A stretch of DNA of 64,000 bases, taken from positions 3,111,803 through 3,175,802 of the forward strand of contig NC_059464.1 of NCBI RefSeq assembly GCF_905237065.1, read 5' to 3'. This DNA comes from Salmo salar (Eukaryota). Position numbers and translations under genes: made by a program. The notes beneath the pieces are model-generated. The model saw nothing but the letters and a program-made list of their open reading frames with translations, had not been told where the DNA came from and searched no databases. Shown here piece by piece: positions 1-12,800 of this stretch (position 1 is its first letter; the number at the start of each line of letters is the position of its first letter).

Positions 1-636
1 CAGTCAATATCAAACCAAAGGCATAATCAGGTATATAAATAAATAAATACATACATCTACAATATAGTGCAAGCAGGTTAAATATCCATAGTTGTGCACA
101 ACCATTGAGAAATGGAAATAAAAGAAGCCAAACATCAGTATTCACTTTCAGCTGAAAACATTTTTGCATATGTGGTTAGTACAAACAGACATGCTACACT
201 TTGGCGTGAATGGGGTTACAGGAGACTTCGACAATGTCCTAATTATCTCTCCTTCCTCCCAAAGTGTGCACTTGTTAACTTCCCTTCACTGATTTGAAAA
301 TAAATAACTGGTACAATAAATACTGTAGAAACTGCCTCTAGCCAATGCCTTCAGGGTAGGAAATAAAAACCAGCCAAATGCTGGTAGATTTTGGCATTGG
401 CTGGAAGAATGTCTATTCTTACCAGCCACATTGGTGGGTGATCACACAGAGCATTTGGGAGCAGTTTGGTTTTTGTTCAACAAAGCACACATGTAAAAAA
501 AATATTTAGAAATTGTGTGTTTGTGTGTGTGTGTTTATCTATTCTTGTGGGGACCAGAAGTCCCCACAAGAATAGTAAACAAACAAAAACTGGGGGGCAT
601 TTTGTTAGTCCCAATGAGGTCAAATGCTATTTCTAG

Positions 637-718
637 GGGGTTTAGTGTTAAGGTTAGGGTTAGGAGCTAGGGTTAGTTTTAGGGTTAGGGTAAGAGTACA
701 GGTTAGGGTTAGGGAAAA
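637..718. repeat. degenerate (TTAGGG)n-like interstitial telomeric repeat
   Basis: ggttagggttagg / agggttaggg units directly visible, interrupted by variants. Confidence 0.6.
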
Positions 719-773
719 TATGATTTTGAATGGGACTGAATTGTGTGTCCCCACAAGGTTAGCTGTACAAGAC

Positions 774-928
<155 letters not shown>

Positions 929-1635
929 TGGCTGGTGGACCAAAAACGTTATTTCCCACCCTGCATGCCTCCACTAATCCAATGCTTTTAGATTTTTGGG
1001 AAGTAGTGAACGAGTGTACACTTCAGTAGAAAGGCAATATTATTGGGACACACCCCCTCACTAACCCTCCAAACCTCAAACCCTGGCACTGTCAGAGTGG
1101 AACATCCCCACTTGTCATTCCCAATGGGAAACCTTATTTGGTTTTCAACCTTTTTGTTGCCTTTCTATGGTAGCTAGTCTAGCCTTCAAGGGTGGCTCGG
1201 AGGAAGTGCTTCAAAACGGTCGGGTGGAGCAGTCTCAAAATAACAAATTCGCATTGATTATTCTGGACTACTCAAACAAATCTAAGTGAAAAAGTAACCT
1301 TTGGACGTGAATATCATGTGTCATCATGGCAAATAAATATGCATATTATTTATTTACAAAGCGCTGCACACGTCAACGAGCCTCTCAGCTACATAAAGAT
1401 GTCCTTGGTGTAAAAGCATTAGAGTTAACCCATCCTCCATTAAAAACTCTTAAGTATAAACACACTGTAAACGATACTGTAAACATGCACAGGGGACTGG
1501 GCTCGGGAAGTGAAGGGAGTGTGGGTGCCAAGTAGAATATGACACCTTTAAACTGAGTGGGAGGGGACTGACTCACCTGCTTCTCCCTAAAAACAGCATC
1601 CAGGGGCAGACACACATGCACACTCTTAAAGACTA

Positions 1636-1909
<274 letters not shown>

Positions 1910-2586
1910 CGCTTAGCCGGAGTCAAGCCAAAGACTGCCTTGCCCCTACTGTACATGGCTTGGCTCACATTCCAGGCTTTGGCACACAGTGACACACTGA
2001 CTGACTCCCAGAGGGAGAAGAGGTCATTCTGCTTTGTGAATAACAACCAGACAAGGGCAAACACTAAGCACATAGGAGCTGATACTGACCACGGTGGAGA
2101 AGGAGTAACAACTGACCAAATACCCCAGCGAGGCATTTGCATAGAATATTAACAATTTTAACCATCAAAGATAATGACTACATATTAGAGAGGTGAGAGG
2201 TAAAGTGGGCAATACATTTGCAATACTGAAGGGAGAGGAATGGATTCAAACTGACCAGAGATGGTAGACTGTTTAGAGTTGTGTAAATACTGGCAAGCAG
2301 ACTGTCATAACATTGTTGTTGTTTAAATTGTAAGATGCATGGCTCCCTTGCAAAAGAGACCATGGTCTCAATAGGACACCCTGTTAAAATAAAAGGTCAA
2401 ATTAATAAATAACGTTACCAATAAATGATAGATAATGGACAGAAGAGGGGGAAATGAAGAGTAAGCAACAAAATTAAAATTACCGCCTGTCTTTTGTGTT
2501 TATTCTATAACCAGCTCTGCTCAGTTCGTTTTTCCAGTCTAGTATGCTCAGACTTTTTATCCAGCATTAGTAACAAGCACCACACC

Positions 2587-2589
<3 letters not shown>

Positions 2590-2682
<93 letters not shown>
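2590..2682. repeat. compound (CT)n(CA)n microsatellite
   Basis: direct reading. Confidence 0.95.
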
Positions 2683-2683
<1 letters not shown>

Positions 2684-4099
2684 TTGCCTCCATCTGTGCC
2701 AAACAAAGGACCGCAGCCCATGCAGCTATCCCCAATCCCCTCTCCCTCTTCTCCTCTCCTCTCCTCTCCTGTTCTTTATCTCCCTCTTTCTCTCAGCCAA
2801 TGAGAATCAGTCATTCTAACACTCTATGTGTATGGGTGTGTGTGTGTCCGTGTGTGTGTGTGCATGTGCGCAGGGGGAGGGTGTACGATAGTGTGTTTGA
2901 GAGCGCATATGAATTACCAGCCCAGCCTCAATCCCAAACCCAGAGTGGCTCATCCCCAGATTCCAGTTATTTGTAAACGAAGACGATGAAGCAAAGAGAT
3001 GGAGACCCCAGGTTTGTCCCTAAATTAAAGTACAGATGGTCCCATCTGTCTCTAACTCCTCCCTCCCTTCACAGAAAATAACCATCTGGAACAAATTCAG
3101 AACTAAAAAGCCTCCCCATCAACATCATCACATTGATCAAAGATCAATTCCAATCCCTGTCACCTCCCTCCCTAACTCTTCCTTTGCCATCATTAACATT
3201 ATCCTATAGGGTGGGCTGGTTTTGGCGTCACAGTTAAAAGGATCCCTTGGTTGTGTTACAGAGGTGTGGACTGACTGGAGATGAATGATACAGCGGAAGG
3301 AAATAATAACATTACAGAGAAAAGCAGATGTCCTTTCCGGCGACAATAGAGACACTTCATGGTTTGCCACATTGGAACAGCCTGGGAGGAGCAGCCTGGT
3401 CCCGGAAAATCATGCAGAGACTTTAAATACATTCTGAGACTCAGGCAACCATTGCAGGAGATCATGGCATCGTTGACGAGAGTTAGACTCGTTAGACGCA
3501 TCTCTCTCATTCAGAGGAACCAGTCGGTTTGTCACCGTCTATCCTACCTCAGTGTTGTTCTACATGACGCCTTCGACCTTCTGAGTGATGGTGGCAGCCA
3601 GTGACGAGTGGTCAAAAAAAATAGGTGGGTACTGTGACTCCTGATCACCGTTGATGGTCAATAAAGTAACGCCCCCTATACTTTCAATGCATTTGTCTGC
3701 AAAAGGTGGATAAACACTGGAGCAAAATGTGTGTAAACGACGTTTACGTACGTTTACCCTGCACTACACCACAGGTGGCAGCATTGGGGTCCGATGTGTA
3801 GGAGGTAGAGGTGACGGCCATACATGATCGTGCAGCGAAAAAGGGGTCAAAGGGGTATGCTGTAGGTTGCAGGCGACTTTTGTAGAATAGTGTTTTGATC
3901 GTAGGAAAGGGGAAAAGTCTGGTTGGTATGGTTGTTGGTGTGCTGTCATGCGATCTTGCTCCTGGTTTCCATGGTGACCCTCAGGATTTTATTATACCTA
4001 ATAATAAACAGAAAGCACAAGGGTGTTTGCAAAGATGTCATCAATAATGTTATATAGTACAAACACTGAAAACGGTCTAACTCAAACCAGCCACAGATG

Positions 4100-4560
4100 G
4101 ACGCAAATTAAGAACCAGACACATCAAACGCAGGTTGGCATTTATTGGGATGAATCTTGTCCTGGAGGCTGCTCTGCAGGGTGGTCACTAGCTGGCCAAG
4201 CCACAAAGTCATAAACTCAGATTTTAAACCCACACCCTGGCACCGACCTCCAGGGGCGCCCCACCCCTCCAAATTATCTTTTGGGCCCCCAAACCCCAAA
4301 TGAAATAAGAATAAGAATAATTTGATTGGGGTCTCCTTGGAGGTCGGGGGCCCAGGGGCACGTGCCCTGTGTTACCGTTCTGTAAGCTGGCACTGCCCTA
4401 AACTTAACCTCATGCCTAAGACTAACCTTACATTTTTTTCATAGCTTTTTTACGATACAGCCAATTTTGACTTTGCGGCTGGCCCATGCGGCTGGCCCAT
4501 CTAGCGGAAACCGCTCAGCTCTGCCTCCGGGACAAGATTCCTCCCAATAAATTTCAACCT
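4100..4560. repeat. unclassified dispersed repeat family; related copies at 32090-32580 and 46980-47300
   Basis: shared blocks gcatttattg.gatg...aagccacaaagtcat.aa.tc.gattttaaacc and caattttgact.tgc.gctg.cccatctagc. Confidence 0.5.
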
Positions 4561-4918
4561 GCACAAAAAAAAAAATCTGGGATTGAATCCGATCACGTTT
4601 GTAGACAATGCAGCTTTTAAAGGCAATGATCCATCGATCGCATTAACGGTAAACTCGGCATATGTCGACACAACAGGAAATTACCTTTAAACGGAGAGTT
4701 GTTGACACAATCAGATTGAATCCCGGGCCAAGATGGGGGGAAAAAAACTAAACAAAGGTACAACAACGGGCACAAACCTAACCAACCCCAAAAATCAAGC
4801 ACAAACATGACCAAAAGCAAGATAGAACACACACAAACAGACAAAAGCTGCACATAACGACAGACACAAAACGGCACCACAACAAGAACTTGAGAACTCA
4901 GCCACTTTGGCCACTCAC

Positions 4919-5051
4919 TTCCCCAGTTTAAGACGATGGCTGCGATGATGATGATGACCCCGCCAACTAGCGAAACGATGGACAGCACCATTGCGTTCCG
5001 GCCTAGACGCCGTGCCCCGTCTACGTTCCCCAGCTGCAGGCTGTTCCTCGA
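4919..5051 (-). CDS. prrt2: prrt2 exon 3 (second transmembrane helix). The 3' boundary is uncertain: either a GTGAGT donor at 4918 or read-through
   Basis: acceptor tctccag then [44 protein letters not shown]. This is near-identical to the human PRRT2 C-terminus [44 protein letters not shown]. Confidence 0.65.
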
Positions 5052-5580
5052 CTGGAGAATAGGGTGAAATGTTATTGATTAGGTTACAAAATGCTGGTTA
5101 AGTTTCCCTAAATTCCCATGTTGTCCAGAAATCCTGGTTGGAAGATTCCTGGAATCAGGAGGGAATAAGCAGAAAATCTTTGGGACCCTAGTTGGTGTAT
5201 ATAAAGGGACAACTGCATGAGGAACACAGACACAACATGTAAACACAGTAATTCATTCACATACCCCTGCTTCAACATACATACACAAATAGACCCATGC
5301 AGGCAGGTAGGCGGACAGACAGACGGAGAGACAGACACACAGGCAAAACACACTGTGAAGACAAAAGGTTAAAAGCAGTGGGTGGCAGTCCCATCTCTTC
5401 TGACCAGAACATTGGCCATCATTTTCTGTTCATTTCCCAGCAGGTGATCACTAACACACCGCGGCCTCCCACTGCTTTTAGCTCTTTTTCTTTGTGGTGT
5501 TTCTTAGATATCACACACACACATTCCTTCACAGACAACACGCACAAACCACATGTCAAATACTTAAAAGTTCCACTCGC

Positions 5581-5867
5581 CATAACAGAGAAGACGAGAG
5601 CCACGATGTTGATCGGCCACAAGGGGCAGAAGCAGGACAGGATGGCCAGTATTAGGTAGTCTCTAGGGGGTTTGCCGTCGTCCTCCTCTGTCACGGTGCT
5701 GGGCTGACGGCTGATGGAAGGTCTGGGAGACCCTGCCCCATGACCCAGCAGGGACCCAGAGCGGCTTCCTTTCCGCGCCCGGCCATTGGTTGGTTTGGCG
5801 TGTTGCAGTCGCTTTGGGGACGAGATGGAAGATGTGGGCGAGGAGTTGGCAGCACACATTCCATTAC
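5581..5867 (-). CDS. prrt2: prrt2 exon 2 (CD225/dispanin domain)
   Basis: ORF 5419..5859; [31 protein letters not shown] matches PRRT2 [31 protein letters not shown]. There is a polypyrimidine tract plus cag acceptor at 5868. The exon ends ATG|gcgagt, a candidate GC donor. Confidence 0.7.
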
Positions 5868-6479
5868 CTGTAGTAGGGTGGGTAGAGGGAGGGAGGCAAG
5901 GAGAGGGAAGGAGGGTGAAAAGGAGGGAGGAAGAAGGAACGAGAGAATGTCCTCACTGTTTCATCACCAAAATTGGGAATCCTGACATGATTCAACATTT
6001 CTAGATGGGTTGGCTGGAAGGTGTGTGTTGTTATGATTCTGAACGGTCAGATAACTAGCAACAGTGCCAAGAAGCCGCCATTAGTAACGCGCATGCCCCG
6101 CTCACCTGAGGATCTGTCTTTTTCAGCCATCTATTTCCTGTGTTTTGAGTGGTGCAAAATCTACTTGTCACTTAAATCTCGCTGGATTGATTGCTTTCAT
6201 TTTACTACTGACTGTACACTGTAACGCTACTGCATAATTGTAGATGGTTTACTAACGCGTTACTTATATTAGCTATGTTGACTATGATGTTACTTTAGCT
6301 AATATGGTGACAATGATGTAGGCTGTGTGTAGCGTTTATAGTATGGTTTGGCTTGGAAAGGTTTTTTCGCCTGGTCACATACAGCTGATGTGTTGTGCAT
6401 TGAAGTACATAAGTGAAGGGAAAAGGTCAGAGCAGAGCGAATAGATGCGAGAAGGAATAATCCGTGGCTGTGATGAAAG

Positions 6480-7090
6480 TGAACTGTGTTTACACGTGAT
6501 CAGGGGTGCATTCTTGCTGTCCCCAGTTCACCTGGCCGTGCTGCTGCTCCAGTTCCAACTGTTCTGCCCGCAGCTATGGAACCCTGACTTGTTCACCGGA
6601 CGTGCTACCTGTCCCAGACCTGCTGTCCCAGACCTGCTGGAACCCTGACCTATTCACCGGACGTGCTACCTGTCCCAGACCTGCTGTTTTCAACTCTCTA
6701 GAGACAGCAGGAGCGGTAGAGATACTCTCAAAGATCGGCTATGAAAAAGCCAACTGACACTTACTCTTGTGTTACTGACTTGTTGCACCCTCGACAACTA
6801 CTATGATTATTATTATTTGACCATGCTGGTCATTTATGAACATTTCAACATCTAGGCCATGTGCTGTTATAATCTCCACCCGGCACAGCCAGAAGAGGAC
6901 TGGCCACCCCTCATAGCCTGGTTCCTCTCTAGGTTTCTTCCTAGGTTTTGGCCTTTCTAGGGAGTTTTTCCTAGCCACCGTGCTTCTACACCGGCATTGC
7001 TTGCTGTTTGGGGTTTTAGGCTGGGTTTCTGTACAGCACTTTTGAGATATCAGCTGATGTAAGAAGGGCTATATAAATAAATTTGATTTG
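6480..7090. repeat. salmonid interspersed non-autonomous repeat with an internal ~60-bp tandem duplication (6588-6700)
   Basis: duplicated ccggacgtgctacctgtcccagacctgctg; the tail gcacttttgagatatcagctgatgtaagaagggctatataaataaatttgatttgatt is typical of salmonid repeats. Confidence 0.55.
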
Positions 7091-8199
7091 ATTTGATTAT
7101 TCATTCTGCACATTCTGTTGAAGAACGTTTCTTAAACTAAACAAAATGGGGATAAACATACTCTGGTTTGCAACTGTTGGACTAATGATTACACCCTATA
7201 TCAGCTAGATGCAGGCAAGAGTGTGCAAGGCGGTATTGAATGTGTCAATGTCTGTCCATGTGATACTGTCTGTCTCCTCAAATGTTTCTCGCAACCTGTG
7301 TGCACCTACATTGTAAACTTTCATTCATAGGCTAGGTTGTAGCAACCTCATGATGGGTATAGGAAAAATTTGAGTATCATGTAGTAGCCTAAACCTATTG
7401 CTGTTACATTGAACTGGGTGAATGGAATATGAATGACAATAGAATGTAATAGAAATAAGGCCATGCTCATGATGACACTGACCGCCATTGATGTATAGAT
7501 AGGTGTAATCTAGAGCTCTCTTTCTTGCTTCTCCTTCACTCTGGAAGAAATTAATTAGTTCAAAACTGTTCTAGAGCATGTTGATTTTTAATCTGAAGGT
7601 ATCCTGTTATTGACACACTTGTTGAATTATGCTGCACAACCTGACAACAACAGTAATTAATCAATATATTTCTACAATTCTCAAATGGCTCTGAAACCCC
7701 TTACAAAAAAATATTGCAGTCAGAGTGCAGTATAATTGCAAATACTGCATCCAAAGTACCACAGTTGATTGCAGTTACTGCACTTTCTTTTTTTTTAAGG
7801 GCACAAGGGATTGACGTATTGTCTGGTCAAGCCAATAACCTAAATTGACTTTTAGTCTGGGAGAGTGTGTAATTGAAAGACTAGAGAAGGAAGGTGGGGA
7901 TTGAGTCATTGAAAAAATAAAGGGTGCTGAAGAGAAGAGAAGGCAGCTAGCTATCTGTAAATCATGCATCTGTCTTAAGTGATTCCTGGACAGACAGGGC
8001 CAGACACTCAGGGAAATGAGAAGGGGAAGTGAGGGGACAGCTCTAGAACACAAACATTCGTAGAGTCGTAGATCACAACAACAGAGATGAGCTCAAAGTG
8101 TTGAGAGGGGTGTTAATTGTAAGTTGGGATGGTTAGGGTTGAGATGGAGAGGGTGGGAGGGGAGGACGATATGGGGGAGGTTGTCGAATATTTATTTAC

Positions 8200-8368
8200 T
8201 GGTCTCCATCTTCTCGCTGATTACTGCCAAGTGGTCTTTGGATTCCGATTGGCTGGAGTCAGGGGCTGTCTCTTGGTGCTCAGCGCTGGTTGGCTGGGAG
8301 GTGATGGTCTGCTCCGGCTGCTGTTCTCCCTCCGCTCCACTGGGGGCAGCACTGGTGTTGGAAGCCAT
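8200..8368 (-). CDS. prrt2: candidate prrt2 exon 1 (S/T/P/E/Q-rich N-terminus)
   Basis: The ATG sits in a perfect Kozak context, ccgccATGG. The ORF MASNTSAAPSGAEGEQQPEQTITSQPTSAEHQETAPDSSQSESKDHLAVISEKMET ends ACC A|gtaaat in phase 1. That is exactly what the phase-2 start of the 5867 exon (GT AAT GGA) requires. Confidence 0.5.
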
Positions 8369-8450
8369 GGCGGAATGCGGACAATGTTGTTTCACTGGTA
8401 GTTTGGGCCTTTTTGATGATTGGTCTTGATTGGACTTTTGATCTTCTTCA
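8369..8450 (-). promoter_or_regulatory. prrt2: putative prrt2 core promoter / 5'UTR
   Basis: two CCAAT boxes on the minus strand (plus-strand attgg near 8420 and 8430), 50-70 nt 5' of the Kozak ATG. Confidence 0.35.
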
Positions 8451-9039
8451 ACTGAAATGAACGGGGGAAATAGGGAACATAATACATTTTACAGTTACTT
8501 GCATTGTGGTGTTATCGAATTACCAGTTTGTTAGCATGGAAGTCTTACAGCTCCTGCAATGTTCTGATCAACCATACGGTATACTATAGTCTATTGTTTA
8601 TAAACATTTTATACAGGTATACCAGGAACCAGCCAGGAAGCTATGGCTTTCTTCATTGGGGCACTGCTTAGATTAAACTTGACATTTTACCAAACCGTAG
8701 TCAGCTAACCATCTGAGGGGCGGGTCAGCAACATCCAGGGACCATATAGGAAGGAAACTGCTCAGGGATTTCTCCATGATGCCAATGGTGACTTAAACAG
8801 TTAAGGAGTTTATTGCCTGTGATAACGGAAAACTGAGGCTGCATCAACATTGTAGTTACTCCACAATACTAACCTAATTGACAGTGTGAAAAGTCAGAAG
8901 CCTGTAAAGAATACAAATACTCAAAAAATGCATCCTGTTTGCAACAAGACACTAAAGTAATACTACAAAAATTTGGCAAAGCAATTCACTTTTTGTACTG
9001 ACGACAAAGTGTTATGTTTGGGGCAAATCCGTCCTTATA

Positions 9040-9720
9040 ACACATTGCTGAGTACCACTCTCCATATTTTCAAGCACAGTGGTGGCTGCATCATGTTATG
9101 GGTATGCTTGTAATTGTTAAGGACTGGGGAGTTTTCAGGATAAAAAAAAATTACGGAATGGAGCTAAGCACAGGCAAAATCCTAGAGGAAAACCTGTTCA
9201 GTATGCTTTCCACCAGACACTGGGAGATTCACATGTCAGCAGGACAATAACTTAAAACACAAGGCAAATATACACATGAGTTGCTTACCAAGAAGACAGT
9301 GAATGTTCCTGAGTGGCTGAGTTACAGTTTTGACTTAAATATACTTGAAAATCTATGGCAAGTCCTGAAAATGGTGGTCTAGCAATGATGAACAACCAGA
9401 GCTTGAAGAATTCAGAAAAATATTATGGGCAAATGCAGCAAAATCCAGGTGTGGAAAGCTCTTAGAGACTTACCCAGACAGACTCACAGCTGTAATCGCT
9501 GCTAAAGGTGCTTCTACAAAGTATTGACTCTGGGGTGTGAATACTTAAATTGGCAAAGATTTCTAAAAACATGTTTTCACTTTGTCATTATTGGTTATTG
9601 TGTGTAGATGGATGAGAAAATGTTTTATTTAATCCATTTTGAATTCAGGCTGTTACACAACAAAATGTGTAATAAGTCAAAGGGTATGAATACTTTCTGA
9701 AGGCATATACTGCAGGGAAT
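9040..9720 (+). mobile_element. Tc1-like transposon fragment (3' half of transposase plus ITR), decayed
   Basis: translates to ...[17 protein letters not shown]-like segments; similar to the fragment at 53690-54130. Confidence 0.65.
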
Positions 9721-10370
9721 AGGGTACCATTTGGGATGTAACCAGTATATCCATACGGCCAATAAACATTGTACTTGCTCTGTTAATAATACACTGTTGC
9801 CGGTAGCAACCAACTGACTGACTGATGAGAATATCTTTCCACATAGGTATGACAGCCTCTGGGAATATGATAGATGTCTTCAAAGAGAGGACATTTTTTG
9901 AAGAGAACATGTTTGTTACAACTATGCAATACAATAAAGCAATAACACAGTAAGGAGTAGGCTATGACTGAAGACCCGCATTGTTATACAGAGTAAATGG
10001 CAGAGGAAAAGGCACTTCTCTTATAACTAGTCTGTGTTATAATCGAGGGTTGGAACCGGTTCAGTGAAAAGAAAGAAAACCGAAAAATAAGGAAATTATT
10101 TGAGGAACAAAACCCAAACCAAAAACGAAAGTGATCTATACTGTTCCGAAACAGAACCATTATTTTAAATGCATGGTAAACGGTTAATAACGTTCTATTA
10201 AGCTCCGGGATTTTTTTCCAGTCCCACAAAAATCTCAACAAGCTGCCTATGCAAAGCCCTCACTCTGTCACTTAGAAACATATTCCAGTTTGTGCCTGCC
10301 AGCTATAAATGGCAGACTACAACCCCAAAAGGTGCTTTGCCCCTGCCAACACAGACCGGTCGAAAAAAAT

Positions 10371-10394
10371 AAGAAGAAGAAGAAGAAGAAGAAA
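10371..10394. repeat. (AAG)8 microsatellite
   Basis: direct reading. Confidence 0.9.
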
Positions 10395-11284
10395 ATCCGA
10401 TCTGTGGTTCAAACCCCTGGTTATAATGCCACAATATCTAACTGTTGACCATGACAGGAAATGTAAAAATAGCAGTTCCCTTGTAGGATGTCATGAAGTA
10501 TCTGACTCCTCCTTAAGATAAGCCACACCCACCAAGCCCCACCCCTCTAACATTTATGCCACACCCCTCCTATCTGCATACCTCTCTCAGCCTTTGTTTC
10601 CAGGCTGACTACACAACGCCTTGATAGGCGTTTTAAATATCTGCTAATCACGTCATATAATAGAACAATCTAATGTCTGAATGTCCAGTTGATGATGTGG
10701 CACGCAGGCATTGGTTGGTGAAACGCAACTTCTGCAATGTAGTCGGCCTGGAATGCGACCAAAGTCTTCTGACAGGTTACATCACACCTACGTAGCCCTA
10801 TTCCCTTACACAAGCTACACAACCTAAGTTAGCTAAGTTAGACAACCATATATCACAGTCACTTGACTGACCAAATCTGACATAAGACAATTCTGTCAAA
10901 CCTCTTATCGTTTTGAATAAGAGTTAGAGTGAGGATTAGACGTAATAAGGATTAGTCCATATCGAACAAACAAAGGCTGGGATTCATTAAATCCGCCATA
11001 GAGACAGAATCATTGGATCACTTGTTTCAGTTTTTGGTCCCAGGTTCAGGAATGGCTGAAGAATTGCAACATTTACTTGGAGCTAACTCTTTAGATAGCA
11101 TTGCTGGGTGATTTGAAAAGTCATAGTCAATCGATCAAACAAAAATATAAATGTAAAGCGTTGGTCCCGTGTTTCATGAGCTGAAAAAAAAGATCCCAGA
11201 AAAATTCCACATGCACAAAAAGCTTATTTCTCTCATATTTTGTGCACAAATTTGTTAACATCCCTATTAGTGAGCATTTATTCT

Positions 11285-11880
11285 TTGTCAAGATAATCTA
11301 TCCACCTGACAGGTGTGGCATATCAAGAAGCTGATTAAACAGCATGATCATTACACAGGTGCACCTTGTGCTGTGGACACTCTAAAATGTGCAGTTTTGT
11401 CACACAACACAATGCCACAGGTGTCTCAAGTTTTGAGGGAGTGGGAAATTGCATGCTGACTGCAGGAATGTCCACCAGAGCTGTTGCCAGAGAATTGAAG
11501 GTTCCTTTCTCTACCATAAGCCGTATCCAACCGGCCTCACAACCGTAGACCACGTGTAACCACGCCAGCCCAGGACCTCCACATCCGGCTTCTTTATCTA
11601 TGGGATTGTCTGAGACCAGCCACCCGGACAGCAGATGAAACTGAGGAGTATTTCTGTCTGTAATAAAGCCCCTTTGTGGGGAAAAAGTCATTCTGATTGG
11701 CTGGGCCTGGGTCCCAAGTGGGTGGGCCTATGCCCTCCCAGACCCATCCATGGCTGCGCCACCTGCCCAGTCATGCGAAATCCATAGAGAAGGGCCAAAT
11801 GAATTTATTTAAATTGACTGATTTCCTTCTATGAATTGTAACTCAGTAAAATTGTTGAAATTGTTGCATGTTGTGTTTAT
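11285..11880 (+). mobile_element. Tc1-like transposon 5' fragment
   Basis: ORF 11366..11548 has the Tc1 HTH motif MSTRAVARELKVPFSTISRIQ. Confidence 0.7.
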
Positions 11881-11899
11881 GCTCGCACGCGCCAACGAG

Positions 11900-12800
11900 T
11901 GTCTGCGTTATCAGGTGCTAAAATAGAAGTTGCTTCTTTTTGTGACGCCGAACATGATGCAAGTCCTGCCTCTCCCATCTCCTCATTGGCTTTTAGAAGC
12001 ATATACCCACGTGCCATCGATTGTGGTAATACACCTTATTATGAAAGTCCAAAGAAGAAAAAGCCTGGAAGGAGAGATGACTACAAACGATTCGGTTGAC
12101 TGTTTGACTAATTGTCGGAGTCGAGGACCTTGTGCATTTCAGGTAAAATAGCCATGTTTAAATCCCAGGGCAAATTAGCTAGCAACTGCAAGCTAGCTAG
12201 CTAAATTGCCATACATATTTAATGCTTTCGACCTCTCCCCAAATTAATATAATTGGTTCAGAGTTTGTTTTGATATTTCAACCTGTGTGTAGTGATCGCG
12301 TTTGGTGGGGGGGGACAAACTATATTTGCGCATGGTGTAACATTGTCTCTGTGCTCCCCAACGAGCCAAGTTCCCCGTGCTCATTTGGTTGCACATCTGC
12401 CCATGCTGCAGAGCTGATAAAATCACTATTTTAGTAGTTCAATCAATCGGGTAGTTTAACTAACTTTCTCTATCCCTCTCATTGCTGTGTTGACTACATT
12501 CCTCTCCCATGCGGTCTGTCAGGAAGAATATGCGCAATGGATTCTGGTCATTGTAGTTAATTACCACATTTTCGGCGCTGAACTAGGTTTAATATTTGCC
12601 AATTGAAAACGAAATTTCTTGCAGCGTTTTTGATTTGATATCTCTCGTGCTTGATAGGATTTCTCTCTAGAGAAACGGCGCGTTGAGCTCACAAAAAAAG
12701 GAACTATGTAATTGAACCGACGTTGGTCAGTTGTTTAATAATCTGAGAAAAAAAGAAATGTCGGTTAATTGCTCGGCACTACGTGACGTCGGTCCATTAT
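11900..12800 (+). promoter_or_regulatory. CpG-rich promoter-like segment with a candidate first exon (short ORF 11930..12142 ending in a gtaaaa donor)
   Basis: CCAAT box (ctcattggc on plus), TGACG motif, high CpG density unlike flanks, CAG|GTAAAA donor at 12142. Confidence 0.25.

Noticed and set aside
8192-8395. Acidic 58-aa ORF considered as pagr1 exon 1 (PAGR1 sits between PRRT2 and MVP in human)
   Set aside because: No PAGR1-like C-terminal exons lie downstream. The donor phase and the composition fit prrt2 exon 1 instead.
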